Below, one piece after another: positions 29,657 to 42,100 of a stretch of 64,000 nt of DNA. The notes below the pieces were generated by a model that did no database searches, had not been told where the DNA came from, and was given only the letters and a program-made list of their open reading frames with translations. A program made the translations under genes and the position numbers. Within the stretch, counting starts at the first letter, position 1. Every line of letters begins with the position of its first letter. This DNA is from Zygnema circumcarinatum SAG 698-1b (Eukaryota > Plantae > Zygnematophyceae), in NCBI GenBank assembly GCA_037447605.1, contig CM074804.1:1798001-1862000 (forward strand), given 5' to 3'.

Positions 29657-32489
29657 CGAGTGATACAGACTTGGGAGCTATACCCCCTTTTTTCATTGGG
29701 GAAGTAAGGAGTGTTAAATGTAAGTAAATAATGGTAACCTTATTCTTTAGAGCTTGTTGGCCTTTATTAAGACCCCCATAGTCATGCCTATTTTGGATCA
29801 GAAACCAGTGTGTACCGCACAAACTGTGTACGAGAAGTACGGCAGAAAAAGATCGAAGTGTGCTTGGCAACTCGTGGTTTTTTATCATATGATGGTTTGA
29901 CTGTAAACCTTAATTGAAACCCTAAAAAACCCATCTTTACTACCCAATCCCTGCTCGCAACTTGTGACACTTGCAAAAAACTCCAACCCCGGATGTCACA
30001 ACATTAATCTTATTCGCATCAATACTATAGTACTGGAGTCCTTCCTTATGGGAATCTTGATCTCGACTTGAATGTCCACACACTCTCCATGCTCTTGCTA
30101 GGAAAAGTCTCCCATCGACTCAAAAAAGAACATAAAGAAACACGACGTTGGTTGCCAAAGAGGATTCCTTTACACAAGGTGAAAGCATTCGATTGAGGAC
30201 AAGGCATACCAAGTGATGGAATGAGCTAGAGAGGAAGGGAGAAGGCTGCGAAATAAAAACCTTCAAGCAGAGGCTGTTGAATTGGGTCCATATATGGAGG
30301 GTTCCTCTGTCACAGCTTTTTCTAGCCTCTCTTTAGTGGACTTCCCTTTCTTAAACAGTTTAAGCAAGTGCAATTAGCCAGCACTTCAAATCAGCACTCA
30401 ACAGACTAATCCCCAAACGAAGTCTTTATTTCAACACCGACCAGAAGCATAAGCATCCTACTAACATGACCAGACTAGCGTGGTCCCTACGACTTGAAAA
30501 GGTTCCACAACTCAGAAACACTCGACACGTGTGGTTCCGTCCATACTATTTCGTACATCTCCATATCTGATTGCGCTTTCTTAACCGCACAGGCTTCCCT
30601 CTCAGTGACCCCGCGGCTGTGCCCCTAATCTTCCCCGGCTCCTTCCGGAACCTCAGATCGCATCGGAACCCGGACGAGATACGGCCCGCGGTAACAGAAC
30701 TCGACCTGCTGGACGATAACGGACATGGAAACCGTTAGGGGGGAGGGGGAGAGTGAGGGAGGCCGGGACGGGGGGAGAGTGGGAGGGGAGAAGGAGCGGG
30801 AGAGGGAGAGGGAGAGGGAGAGAAAAAGGGACGAGCGGGAGTAGGTGGGGGGGGTGGGAGAGGCGGCGGCTTCGCCGACGGAGAAGCTGACTTTGGACTT
30901 TGGAGAAAGTCATCGAAAAGCTGAATTCGAAGGCGTTTCAAGGACTGTAAATTTTTTAGATTGTAGAAAATTCAATTTTGGGCCTTAGGTGGAGAAGGGA
31001 ATTTCATTTAGGCATTTCATTTTTGCATTTTAGGTCGTTTTTATGGTCTTTGGCCTCGAGGGCTGAAGGAGGGCTGTGGGTTCGAGGGTACACAGTACTT
31101 TGGGCTGGGGCGTGACGTGACATCTACATGTACCATGTTCGGAGCTCAGTCCCGTGCGCCGTTCCAGTCCAGTTGGTCGCCCTCCATGTGAATCGTTTGC
31201 CGTGACGCAGTTTCCGTTCCATTTTTGACTGAGCGCACATGGCAACTCGAAAGTCCCGAAGACTTACATGGCCCTGATGGAGCTGTCCTCTACCTACCTG
31301 GCTGTACTGAGTTCTAACGACAAATTTAATGTACGGTCAGTGAGCTTTTGGTTTGACAGGACGAATTCTGCCGCCTACCGTACATCCAATTGGAAGGTGA
31401 CAGCACGACGGTGTGCACAAAACGACGAAAATAGTCGCTACGAGATGAGTTGATGACACACGAGCCTGGAAATTATGACGTCACAGAAACCGGCTGGCCG
31501 CGGTAAAAATCATTCGGTCGCCCCTGGAGGCGCCGCAAATCTCTCTCTGCGGATCGTAAATCGGACGGCCGAGAAAGAAGGTTGGGTCCATCGAGCGGTC
31601 ATCATTACGCCACGTTGGATATCACATTTTTATTTTTTTGGGCGGCAGTGTCCTGGGTTTCCCTGCTGGTGACGTGGCGCGTCCTCATTTTCAGGCAATT
31701 TCCGCTATACTGGAGTGAATTTGGTATCTAGTGCGCGGAAATAATTTTGTCTTCTTCCCCGCCCAATTATTATGGGCCCTCTGACCGCAGCCAATCAGTG
31801 CGCTCGGTTGACCTGTGACGTGGCATGACCCACCGTACGTATTTCGTGCAACCACCAGCTGGCAGGCCGGGCGGGCGGCCTTGTCCTGATGGGCCTTGTG
31901 GCCCCCCGGAGGCCATAGGCGGAGGCCGCCGCCGTATGCCGCCGTCCCTCCGCTCCCTCCGTACATCGAGCGAGCTGTCGCGAATTTAGCTGACGGACGC
32001 TGATGGGTCCACAGCGCGCATTTAGCACGCGTCCTCCTCTGGTGATGTCGGTGCCTTATGTAAATAATGTCGGTGGAGGCATCCTGATCATCGTGTCGGA
32101 TCGGATCGGATCGTGTCGTACATCGTGTCGGTGTTCCCTCCATTCCGTGGGGAACGTCGGTCACATCCCGACCGACCCAAGTCAACGCGCCACCGTCCCT
32201 GTCCCAGGCCATGGCGGTTGAGTGCGCCCTCCTAGAAAGCAGTCCCCTCCCCGGTATTGAGCTCTGACATAGAATGGTGCGGTCTCTGGCTGACTCGGCT
32301 TCTTCTCTTGCTCGCCCTCTCCCCCTCCATCTCCCTCTCTCTCCTCTCTCTCTCTAACCCCCCCTCAACCATTTCAGTCTCCCTCTCATTGTTTTCTCGA
32401 TCTCTCACTCTCTCCTCTCCCGCAATCTTGCCCTCACAACCTTCTCTTTCTCTGTCCTTTCCCCGGAAATTCACCATCAGCGAAGCATC

Positions 32490-33126
32490 ATGGCGGCAGG
32501 AAGGAGCCTCCCTTGCCTCCTGCTGCTTCTCGGATCCTTTGCAGCTCTCACATGTGCAGATGTCCCCGGAGGTAAGTTTGGAGACAGGAGCAGAACTGCA
32601 AGGGGATCCACCAAATGTAGGGAAGTAGGAATGCGGGTTTAGGGCTCAGGGTTCAGACGTCATACTAAAGGCGGAAACTAAAGGGATCAAAATTCTTCTA
32701 GGGGAGTTCTGCGGGAAGTCTATGGGAAGCTCTCTCTCGCTCTCTCTCTCATTCTTCCTTTCTTTCTCTCCGTCTTCCACCCTGCACCTCCCTCCTACGA
32801 TATATTTCGGAGCCTGAAAGGAGGTGCGGGAAAGGGGCGAGGGAGGAGGAAGGGAGGAGAAGCGACAGGAGAATGGGGGAGGTGTTAGGAGGCTGAGAGG
32901 GGGCAGAGTGAGCGAGAGGGTATGAAGGGGAGAAAGGGAGAGGGGTGAGAGCAATGGCGTGAATGAGAGAATTTTGGGGAAGTGGGGCGAAGCACCTGAT
33001 GGAGGTATGTATGGGGGCAGGGGCTCCGCCAACTTTAGGGCTGCCAGTATTCGGATTTAGGGCTCAGGGTTAAGAATTCAAATTAAAGGCCTATTAAAGG
33101 GCTCAAATTATTTCGGAGGGACTGTG

Positions 33127-33157
<31 letters not shown>

Positions 33158-36100
33158 AGCAACGGGAGGGTGGGAGAGGTGGTAGACAAAAGAATGAGAG
33201 GCTTAGGTGGAACAGAGTGAGGGAGAGGGACCAAGGGGAGAAAGGGAGAGGGGCGGGAGCGAGGGTTGTGGGGAGAGACGAGCGGGGTGAAGAGCAGGAA
33301 GAAAGAGACGAGGATAAAGAAGCAAAGTTGGACAGTAGAGGGCATAACCTTTTGCTCCCCTTTCTTCCATCCTTGTGTGTGAGAAAGAGAGAGAGCGAGG
33401 GAGAAAGGGGGGGGAGAAAGAGATAGAGAATGCGGCAAAGAGAAACAGGAGGGGGGAGGGAGAGAATCTTGGGAATCGAATCATTAGTCATACTCAGTCA
33501 CGGAGGCACGGCACGTTCGCACGCGCGAACATGTGAATGCGCATCCGACGGCGCACATGCTCACGAGGGCATGCTCAGATCGCACATCCGACGGCAGCGC
33601 GTGATGGGCGGATTGGACCCTTATGCACCTCCACATTCCAAGCAACGGCATACGGAGCCGCTCACTTGACTTGGTCCAGTTAGTCACGCATGTTGACCGC
33701 CGGAAAAAATGAATTCATTCCAATTCTCGAAGTATTTTTTGTTTCGTGCGTTTTTGCCGCATGGTGGTTCTTGTTCGTGTGGAGACACCGGTAGTGGTAG
33801 GGAGGGAGTGTAGCGCATTTTCTTTTCTATGATAGGGAGAGGAGCGCATTTACTTTTTTTCAAAATTGCGTTTTTTTCCGCCGAGCATAGATGGAGATAA
33901 AGCCTTTAGGGACTAAAGTCAAGGCGACCTCCCCAACTGCTCCTTATCTCCCAATGCTGCTGTTGGCCTACACAATGTGATCCCTTCATAAAGAGGCGTT
34001 CACAACCCTCTTTCATCACATTACATTCAGAATCATTACATTATCTACGCTCCATTAAACACTAAATTTCTTTCTAAAGTGTGATCAATCTCTCTCTTTG
34101 TGTGGCAGAGTGTGGATACGATTACTATGATTACTATTTAGGAGCATGCGGGAATGCATGCTGCTCGCAATATGGATATTGTGGGACGGGCGTTGAGTGG
34201 TGCGGGTCTGGCTGCTAACCAGCATATGGACATTGCGGTGAGTGATGGATACGTGAGGAGCAACCGGTACGAGCAAAGCGGAGTTTAGAAAGTCATGTCA
34301 GAGTGGAACGCAGAGTCTGCAGGTGCAGGAGGTTCAAGAGGAGAGGGGGATGAGAGGACCAACGCCTTACCAATGTGATGCCTAGGCGGAGATGGTTGAG
34401 ATTGCATGGGGCGCAATGGGAGAAAATGGAAGGTGCGACTGTGTCCGACTTTCCGCATGCAGATTGTACATGCTTCATTGTCCCTTTTCATCCTGCAATC
34501 GGTATAGGTCATAGCTGTAGGGTCCAGCTAGACAAAAGAGGGTAGAAGGAGAGAGGGAAAGTGACGAAGGAAGGGGGAGTGCAACAGGGAGAGGGAGTGG
34601 GAGTGGGCGAGGGAGTTGGATAGGGGAGAGGGAGGGAGAGAGGGAGTGTGAGAATTGGAGGGAGGGAGCGAGAGAGGGGGAGAATGAGGCAGGGAAAATC
34701 AATCCTTCACTCTTTTTTTTGACCCGCTGAAAACATCCAACCAGGAATGATTTTGCACCCGCAATGGCTGCAAGTTCCCCTGTCTGGAACTTTGACTTTA
34801 AGGTGGTTTTGAACTGATGATATTCCGCTCTCGGTTTCCTAGTAGCATTCAGCCGGATAGCGTCGTGTTTTTTTCATGTTCAGATGTGAAACCTCCAGAA
34901 GGTGTAACCGTTTCTCGCTTTGGGTGAGCAGGAGCATGTGGACCCAGTTATGGTCGTAAGAAATGTTCCGCCAATAAGTGCTGCTCTTCTATCGGTACTT
35001 GTGGGACAGGCGTGGAGTTTTGTGGAAGCGGCTGCCAATCGAAATATGGAAAATGTGGTGAGTGATTTAAAACTGTTGGCACGTTATCGAGAGGCCAAAT
35101 TTACAGCACTGCTAAAAAGAAAGGCGTGTGAACTAGAAAGGAATTTTTACTCGTTAATGTGAAATTTACCCCAGGCACACCATTTAATGCAGTGAAACCT
35201 TTGGCTAGCAATCCTTACAGGACAGCGGAAGTTTAACCTCAAGCCTAGGGGGATCTAAGTGAATCTAGTAAGGTTAATTAAAGAGAAAAGTCGTATGATG
35301 AGGGCTAGGCGCATAGCGAGTGTTTAGATCCATTGCCTGCATCATGAGTTGCACTCCTTTTGAAATCCACCGTCTTATTAAGAAATAATGGACGTTTTTA
35401 CAAACATAAACGAAATTTCCCACATACTTTTCAGATCCTTGTAAGACTTAGTTTTATCATATCTGCTGATTTGATTGGAACTTCACGTTGTGTGCAGGTC
35501 ATTTATGTTGCTATGCAGTCATGTTAGCATGAGATGTTAATTGCTTTCAAATAATCATGCTTGCTATACTTGGATGAGAAGAGTACTCTTATGATTGCAG
35601 ATCTATTACCTCCCCCGCCACAAAGCCCACCACCACGTTCGTTCCCTCCTCTTTCACTACTACCTCCACCGCCTTCAAATCCATCGCCACCTTCTCCCCC
35701 TCCAAGTGTAACATCGTCCCCACCACCTCCAAGTCCGCCAGCTCCTCCACCACTGCAAAGACAACCCCCCCCATCACCTTCTCCAAGTCCACCCCCATCT
35801 CCTCTACCTCTACCTCCCCCTCCCCCTCCCCCTCCTCCATCTCCTCTACCTCCAAGACCACCCCCATCTCCTCTACCTCCAAGACCACCCACATCTCCTC
35901 TACCTCCAAGACCACCCCCATCTCCTCTACCTCCAAGACCACCCCCATCTCCTTTACCTCCAAGACCACCCCCATCTCCTTTACCTCCAAGACCACCCCC
36001 ATCTCCTTTACCTCCAAGACCACCCCCATCTCCTTTACCTCCAAGACCACCCCCATCTCCTCTACCTCCAAGACCACCCCCATCTCCTTTACCTCCAAGA

Positions 36101-39100
36101 CCACCCCCATCTCCTTTACCTCCAAGACCACCCCCATCTCCTTTACCTCCAAGACCACCCCCATCTCCTTTACCTCCAAGATCATCCCCATCTCCTTTAC
36201 CTCCAAGACCACCCCCATCTCCTTTACCTCCAAGACCACCCCCATCTCCTTTACCTCCAAGACCACCCCCATCTCCTTTACCTCCAAGATCATCCCCATC
36301 TCCTTTACCTCCAAGACCACCCCCATCTCCTTTACCTCCAAGACCACCCCCATCTCCTTTACCTCCAAGTCCACCATTACCTTCACCACGAATTTTTGCT
36401 CCACCTATCCCAACTTCAGGACCACCACAATTTCCATCACTTCCGAAAGCACCATCCCCATTCCCTGTAGGACCACCGCTTTCGTCACCACCTCGATCAC
36501 CACCTCCGCCACCAAAATCACCAACATCAAGCCCCACTCCACTGCTACCCTTATCCCCTCCACCTTTGCCTCTACGTTCACCGATACCTCAAACACCTCC
36601 ACAACCGCCACTGCCTCCACCGGTACCCCCTCCATCACCTTCAGGAGCTCCATGTTCAAGTACGAGAAGGCAGCTACCTTGACCCCGTTTTTTGAATGTA
36701 GTTTTTCTTCATTCAATGCTGAATGCAACTATATCGTGATTTACAGTTTTAAACTATCCAGTTTTGCTTATTCTTTAATTCGTGTAATACTCTGTGTCCT
36801 TAAGAACTTGTTGTTTTGCCCGTAAATAGGCACTGAAGATACCCTCTTCAAACTGAAGGCTTCCTTTGTTGACCCCGACACCAACCTTGCAACTTGGAGA
36901 AGCTCGCGTCCTTATTGTAGTTGGGATACAAGTCGTTTGAAATGCAACTCCAACAACCAAGTTACAAGAATGTGAGCAGAAAATCTTCAGAGCCGTTTCG
37001 GCAGTAGTTGCACAATAGCATACGTTGTCTCCTAGACGAGAATAGTTCCTACAAACAAACACAAGTTGGCTTTGTAGGCGTTTTACCCATCTAAATTCAT
37101 TGACCTTGGCTGTCCTTTCAGTCTCAGGTCACGAGCACACGATGTGAAATTTCTCTGCCTCTTCATGGAAAGTAACCTTATGGTCTCATTAGAAAAAAGT
37201 CTGTGCCCTACCGAACCAGTTTGCTCAAAGAGTTCACGTTTTATCCGTCGTCCTCACGCAGGTCCTTGAACGGATTAAGGCTCAGTGGTTTCATTCATCC
37301 TTCCATCGGATGTCTCACTAACCTACAAGTGCTGTGAGTAACATCCCTTCCCTTATCATCTACATAAAAAATATCTGAAAGGATGTAATGCTGGAAACTA
37401 AATGTAATTTGAACAAGAGAGAAAAATTCTCTCAGAGGATTGCTTCAAAACGTGGTCGATGGTCGGATTCGAACCATCTTTGAATTCACGCTGACACGCC
37501 ATTGGTTACGCTAGAAGAATGTTCGAAGATAGATTCGATCAATTTTTTCTTAGTTGTTGCAATAAAGAGAGCAGGCCAAAAGGTGTATTAGCTGAGTTTT
37601 GAGTGAAGAGAACAATGTCAGAGTTGGGTTCACACTCAGGTACGGCATTGATAGGGGCCCCTGCTTGAAAAGGTTCAATTGAGTCTAGACAGTCCCGTAG
37701 TTACGAATAGCAATATACTTTTTTTTCTGGTATGTGCTCTCCTTGACGATCAAAACCTTGGCTCGCAGGGATTTATCCGGCAACTCTCTTACAGGAGGAA
37801 TCCCCTCATCTATTGGCGACCTTCTTGATCTTCAAATCCTGTGAGAAGCGCCCGAGTCAGTCTAGAATCGCAATGGCCTGTCTTTATCTCTGATAGGAAG
37901 CTGCTTGTCGTCAGATTGTATGCCTTAAATTCCATGTTATAGTATGGCTTCTTGTTACATTATTTGTATCCAGTTCGGAGATTCCTCCCATTCGATTGCA
38001 ATAATTCTCGCAAACAATGTTTTCTACATTAGTGAAAAAGAATGACCATGAAATAGCATTCACCCAGTGTTTGTCCATTCAACAGGGACTTGTCGAACAA
38101 TCAACTGACTGGCAGCATTCCTGAATCCCTCGGAAATTTAACGAGACTCGTAAGGATGTGAGTGGCTGTACTGCAACGACTCATTGAGACGCGCCTTTAC
38201 GCTGCTCGCTATTCCATAGACGCAATTGTAAGGAAATGACACTTGCTTCCATTTGCCTGGTACAAACATCTCATGGGAGTTGAAGATGGCGTGTAATGGC
38301 AGGACGTTGTCATCGAATTCCTTAAGTGGCCCCATTCCAGCATCCATTGGTAACCTCAAGTCGTTAGAAACTCTGTAAGGGCTCTTCCTAAAATCAAAAG
38401 TTTGTACCCGCTCTGTTCCCTCTCGGTATAAGACATGATTTATGTGATGCTGAAGAACGTAAGTTCATAAGAGCATTTTCCATCTTCTGAATTCCGCCTC
38501 TCCCCACTTTTTTTCTTTCGTTTTTTTCCGTTTTCTATGGTGCAGAGAAGCAAATGGAAATACTCTCACAAGCTTGCCGGCTACCATTGGTGACTTGAGA
38601 AGCCTAAATACGTTGTAAGTATTCCTCCAAGCCAATGTGTTTTTCTATCTTCAAAACAGCGTGATCGTTTTTGAATGGATCAAATTCTGATACAAGATGA
38701 TACATATTGAACAGATAACTAATTGCAAACAAACCGCAAGAGATCTTTTTATTTTGTTTATTGATTTGTAACATATTTCATACGTTCTTGTGCCAAATTT
38801 GAAGATTGGTGACATAGAGCCATGCCTGCTGGTTTCCATCGCCATGTTCCAATCTTTGCTGTGCAGGAGTTTGCAGAACAACGCAATCACAGGGAACATT
38901 CCGCCCCAGCTTGGGAACATACCCACGATCTCGACCATGTGAGCTTCGCCATCTCTCTAGTCACATTTTCAGTCCTAATTGATTGCTTTACGGAGCAAAG
39001 AAATGTAAAGTCTCCGAGTCCTGAATAATTGGTGTTTGTACAAATGTCCAGAAGTTTCACTAGACCAAACTTGATTAGTTTTCACTTCCTCTGATATTAA

Positions 39101-42100
39101 TACTGAGACTTTATATGAAGCGGGAAAAACTGCTGCCTCGTATGACGTCATATCCTTGATTGATGCCATATCTCAGTTTTCAAATTTTCATTATTGGTAC
39201 GTCGGTCATAATTGCACTTAGTATTCTTCATGCAGACGACTCATGGGCAACTTTTTTTTTTTTTTTTTGCAGAAGGCTGAGCAATAATCTCTTCATTGGG
39301 ACTATCAACTTAAACTTCGTGACTTTCTTAAACATCTCGTCTTTCTTCGTCGAGATTTCGAAAAACTTTTTAACGGGAACGCCTTCCATCTACGTGAACG
39401 GAGAGCTATTGCTCGCAAACGGACAACAGACCTGTGACGACATCTCGTCCAACTGTTTTGGCGGTACACCCCAATGCGACACTCAAGGGCAGAAGTTACT
39501 CTCGTCATGCGCGGCCTTCTGCAACGCCACGCAGCCAATGGGCTCGTGCGGGGGACACGGCTTCTGCACGAACGTGGCAGCCCCGCGATGCATTTGCGAC
39601 CCGGGCTATGAAACCACGAACGCTTCTCCTTTCACTTGTACTTTTGGTGAGCTCAGATCGTCCTTTCATGCATTTGTGTACCCTGACGGGTGTCAGCAAT
39701 TCTACTGTATGAAGGTGCATTTTGGCTCTATCGAATTTTCAGCAGTCTCGGGTGGTCAGGGCAGCTCACTAGAGTCTTTGACGTTGCAGAGTATCGTGGT
39801 GTTGGATTGGTGCCGCCGACATCGTACAGCTCCCCAAGCCTGAACAAGTACTTTCGCTATGCAAGTGCGGGTTACTTGTTTTTAAATCGAAATATCTCGC
39901 CGTCCTGGTTGGTTGCTACAAGCTGGAATTGGGCGAACGCACAGGCAGTGCAGGCGGTGAAGGATCAACAAACTTGCAGTAAGCAACACATGGTCAAAAC
40001 TCAAAACTCAAAACTCAAAACTCCTCGTTTGTAGTTAGCTATATGTGCCCGCCGGTTTCCAGAAGTGGGTTTCCTCGCTGAGCCACCAGTGCGATTGTTC
40101 CCTCCGTTTGTGCTCCCTCTTGCAGATACCTGCTGGCTTTTCGCTGCAATTTCAGCTATTGAGAGCGCTTACTTCATCGCCAATGCGGGGCAGTTGGCAG
40201 TGCCAAACATTGCAGAACAGCAAGTTTTGGACTGTTCCTCTTTGAACAAGACTTGCCCGACCGGGGGTTCGCCGACTGATGCTCTTAACTTTGCGGCCGG
40301 ATTCAACCTCCTTGCAACTGGCGTGTATGGAGGTCCCAGCAACTGCCTTGCTGGCCAGGTATTGTACACAGAAAGGATGTGACTTACTCGCTGTTGTCAC
40401 TTAATTACTTTCTACTTTTTCCAATGTCGTATATATTATGTCGAGGCAAGCATGGGTGTAGTGCAGATTCTTTACAATAATACAAAATTGTGTATGATTT
40501 CCTTCCGAAAAAACTATAGTTAAGGTCAATCTACTATCTCCATTCCAAAAAGAAAGAACCAACATTGTGTATTCGTTTATGGACCAAATAATGTACCAGC
40601 ATGACACATGCTACTCCCCAAGCGTCGGAATACATAAGACAAGCTCTATTTGCGTAGAGTCATTCAGCTTACCATCGTGTTCTTTGGACAAAAGGTTCAT
40701 CTCTCGTTCTTGGTTTATTTCCAAACATTTGGGGACGGATCTCCGAAAGTATTTTTTTTTTTATGGGTTTTTTTTTTTTTTTAATCCTCGTAGGCGAATG
40801 GCGGGATCCGCATTTCCTCCTACGAGAAGGTCCAGTACCAGAGATGGATCGGCCTCCTCCTCGCCCTCCAGCAGCAGCCCGCCATTGTCAACATTGAAGC
40901 GAGCAGCACGACCTTCATCAACTACAAAGATGTGCGTCACGTCACGTCACGTCACTGACGCATTTTCTTACAAAAGAAGAAACAAAAAAATGGGCGTTAG
41001 ATCATGGCATGGTGTTTATGGCATCCATGCGCAGGGCCTTAACATGGACTTTTTTATGATGGTGAAGTTCCTTCCGTGACGTGACTCGTGTGATGGATTC
41101 CTTTCAGGGAATATATGACGACGACGATTGCTTCTCCGGCGGGGTCGACCACACGGTGGTGGCGGTCGGGTACGACCTCACATCAACTCCGCCGTATTGG
41201 ATTCTCCGGAATTCATGGGGACCCAACTGGGGGGAAAACGGCTACATTCGCATAAAGATCGCGGGAGGTGCCGGCATTTGCGGAATCAACAGTCTCCCCG
41301 CTCTCATTCCGATTGTTCAACCATCGGGTGAGGGAGATGGCTGTCACAATCAAGCTTGAAACACGAGCTGGCAAATGTCAGCGAAGTAAAGAAGGAGAGA
41401 TAGAATATCTTTTTTCCAATCTTAACCCTGATTCAGAGAAAGAAAGAGATCAGTTAGAAACGCGGGCCCTATCGAAACTCAAAAAACCCCGCAATTCCAT
41501 GTGTGAGCAAGAACTCTTGTCAGGTCTCACTTCATTGTTTGAGAAGTTCCTTTGTAAGCATCTTGTCACTTTACAACACGTGTGAAAGACTAACACGCTC
41601 ATATGAGGACCTTTATGAGAGGGCAGTGGGTTGTACGAGCACTCTCTTCAAGCAGTCCGTTCTTATTGTATGTGGACAATCAATTGCGCCTGTATCCTGA
41701 AAAAGAGTGATTATGCCAATGGTGTTTGAGGGTTTGCTTGCAGGAACTGATCCTTGCTATACAAACAACTTTGCAAGGAAGATTCTCAAGAACGAGTGCG
41801 GTCCTGGCCGCATGAACCCTTGCGGTAGCGGAGTGTGTACTCCGAACGGGATCACAAACCTTTGCGAATGTGGAGAGAATTTTGTTGCCGTGACGAACTC
41901 AGATGGTTCACAAACATGTGCTCCAGGTGAGGATGGGTCCTACATGCAGTCCTAAATCACTGTAATGCTAAAAAATTTATGAACAGTAGAACCTTTCAAT
42001 TTTTTTTTTTTTGACAGTTTGACACTGGCAGAGGCGCACTAAGCTTGGTGAATGATTGGAAAAACCAAACCTACGATAAATCTATTCTTCTCTTCCATAC

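Noticed and set aside
30480-30625. TPP riboswitch-like words (GGGGT..CTGAGA, GAACCT, CGTAGGGA)
   Set aside because: Spacing and stems do not fit the consensus, and there is no adjacent thiamine gene.
35840-36370. 27-bp repeat as a CRISPR array
   Set aside because: There are no spacers, it is a contiguous coding tandem repeat, and the context is eukaryotic with no cas genes.
35524-36537. Minus-strand Gly-rich (337 aa) and EVKEMGVVL-repeat (271 aa) ORFs
   Set aside because: They are antisense shadows of the Pro-rich repeat exon. Only the plus frame has phase-compatible splice sites.
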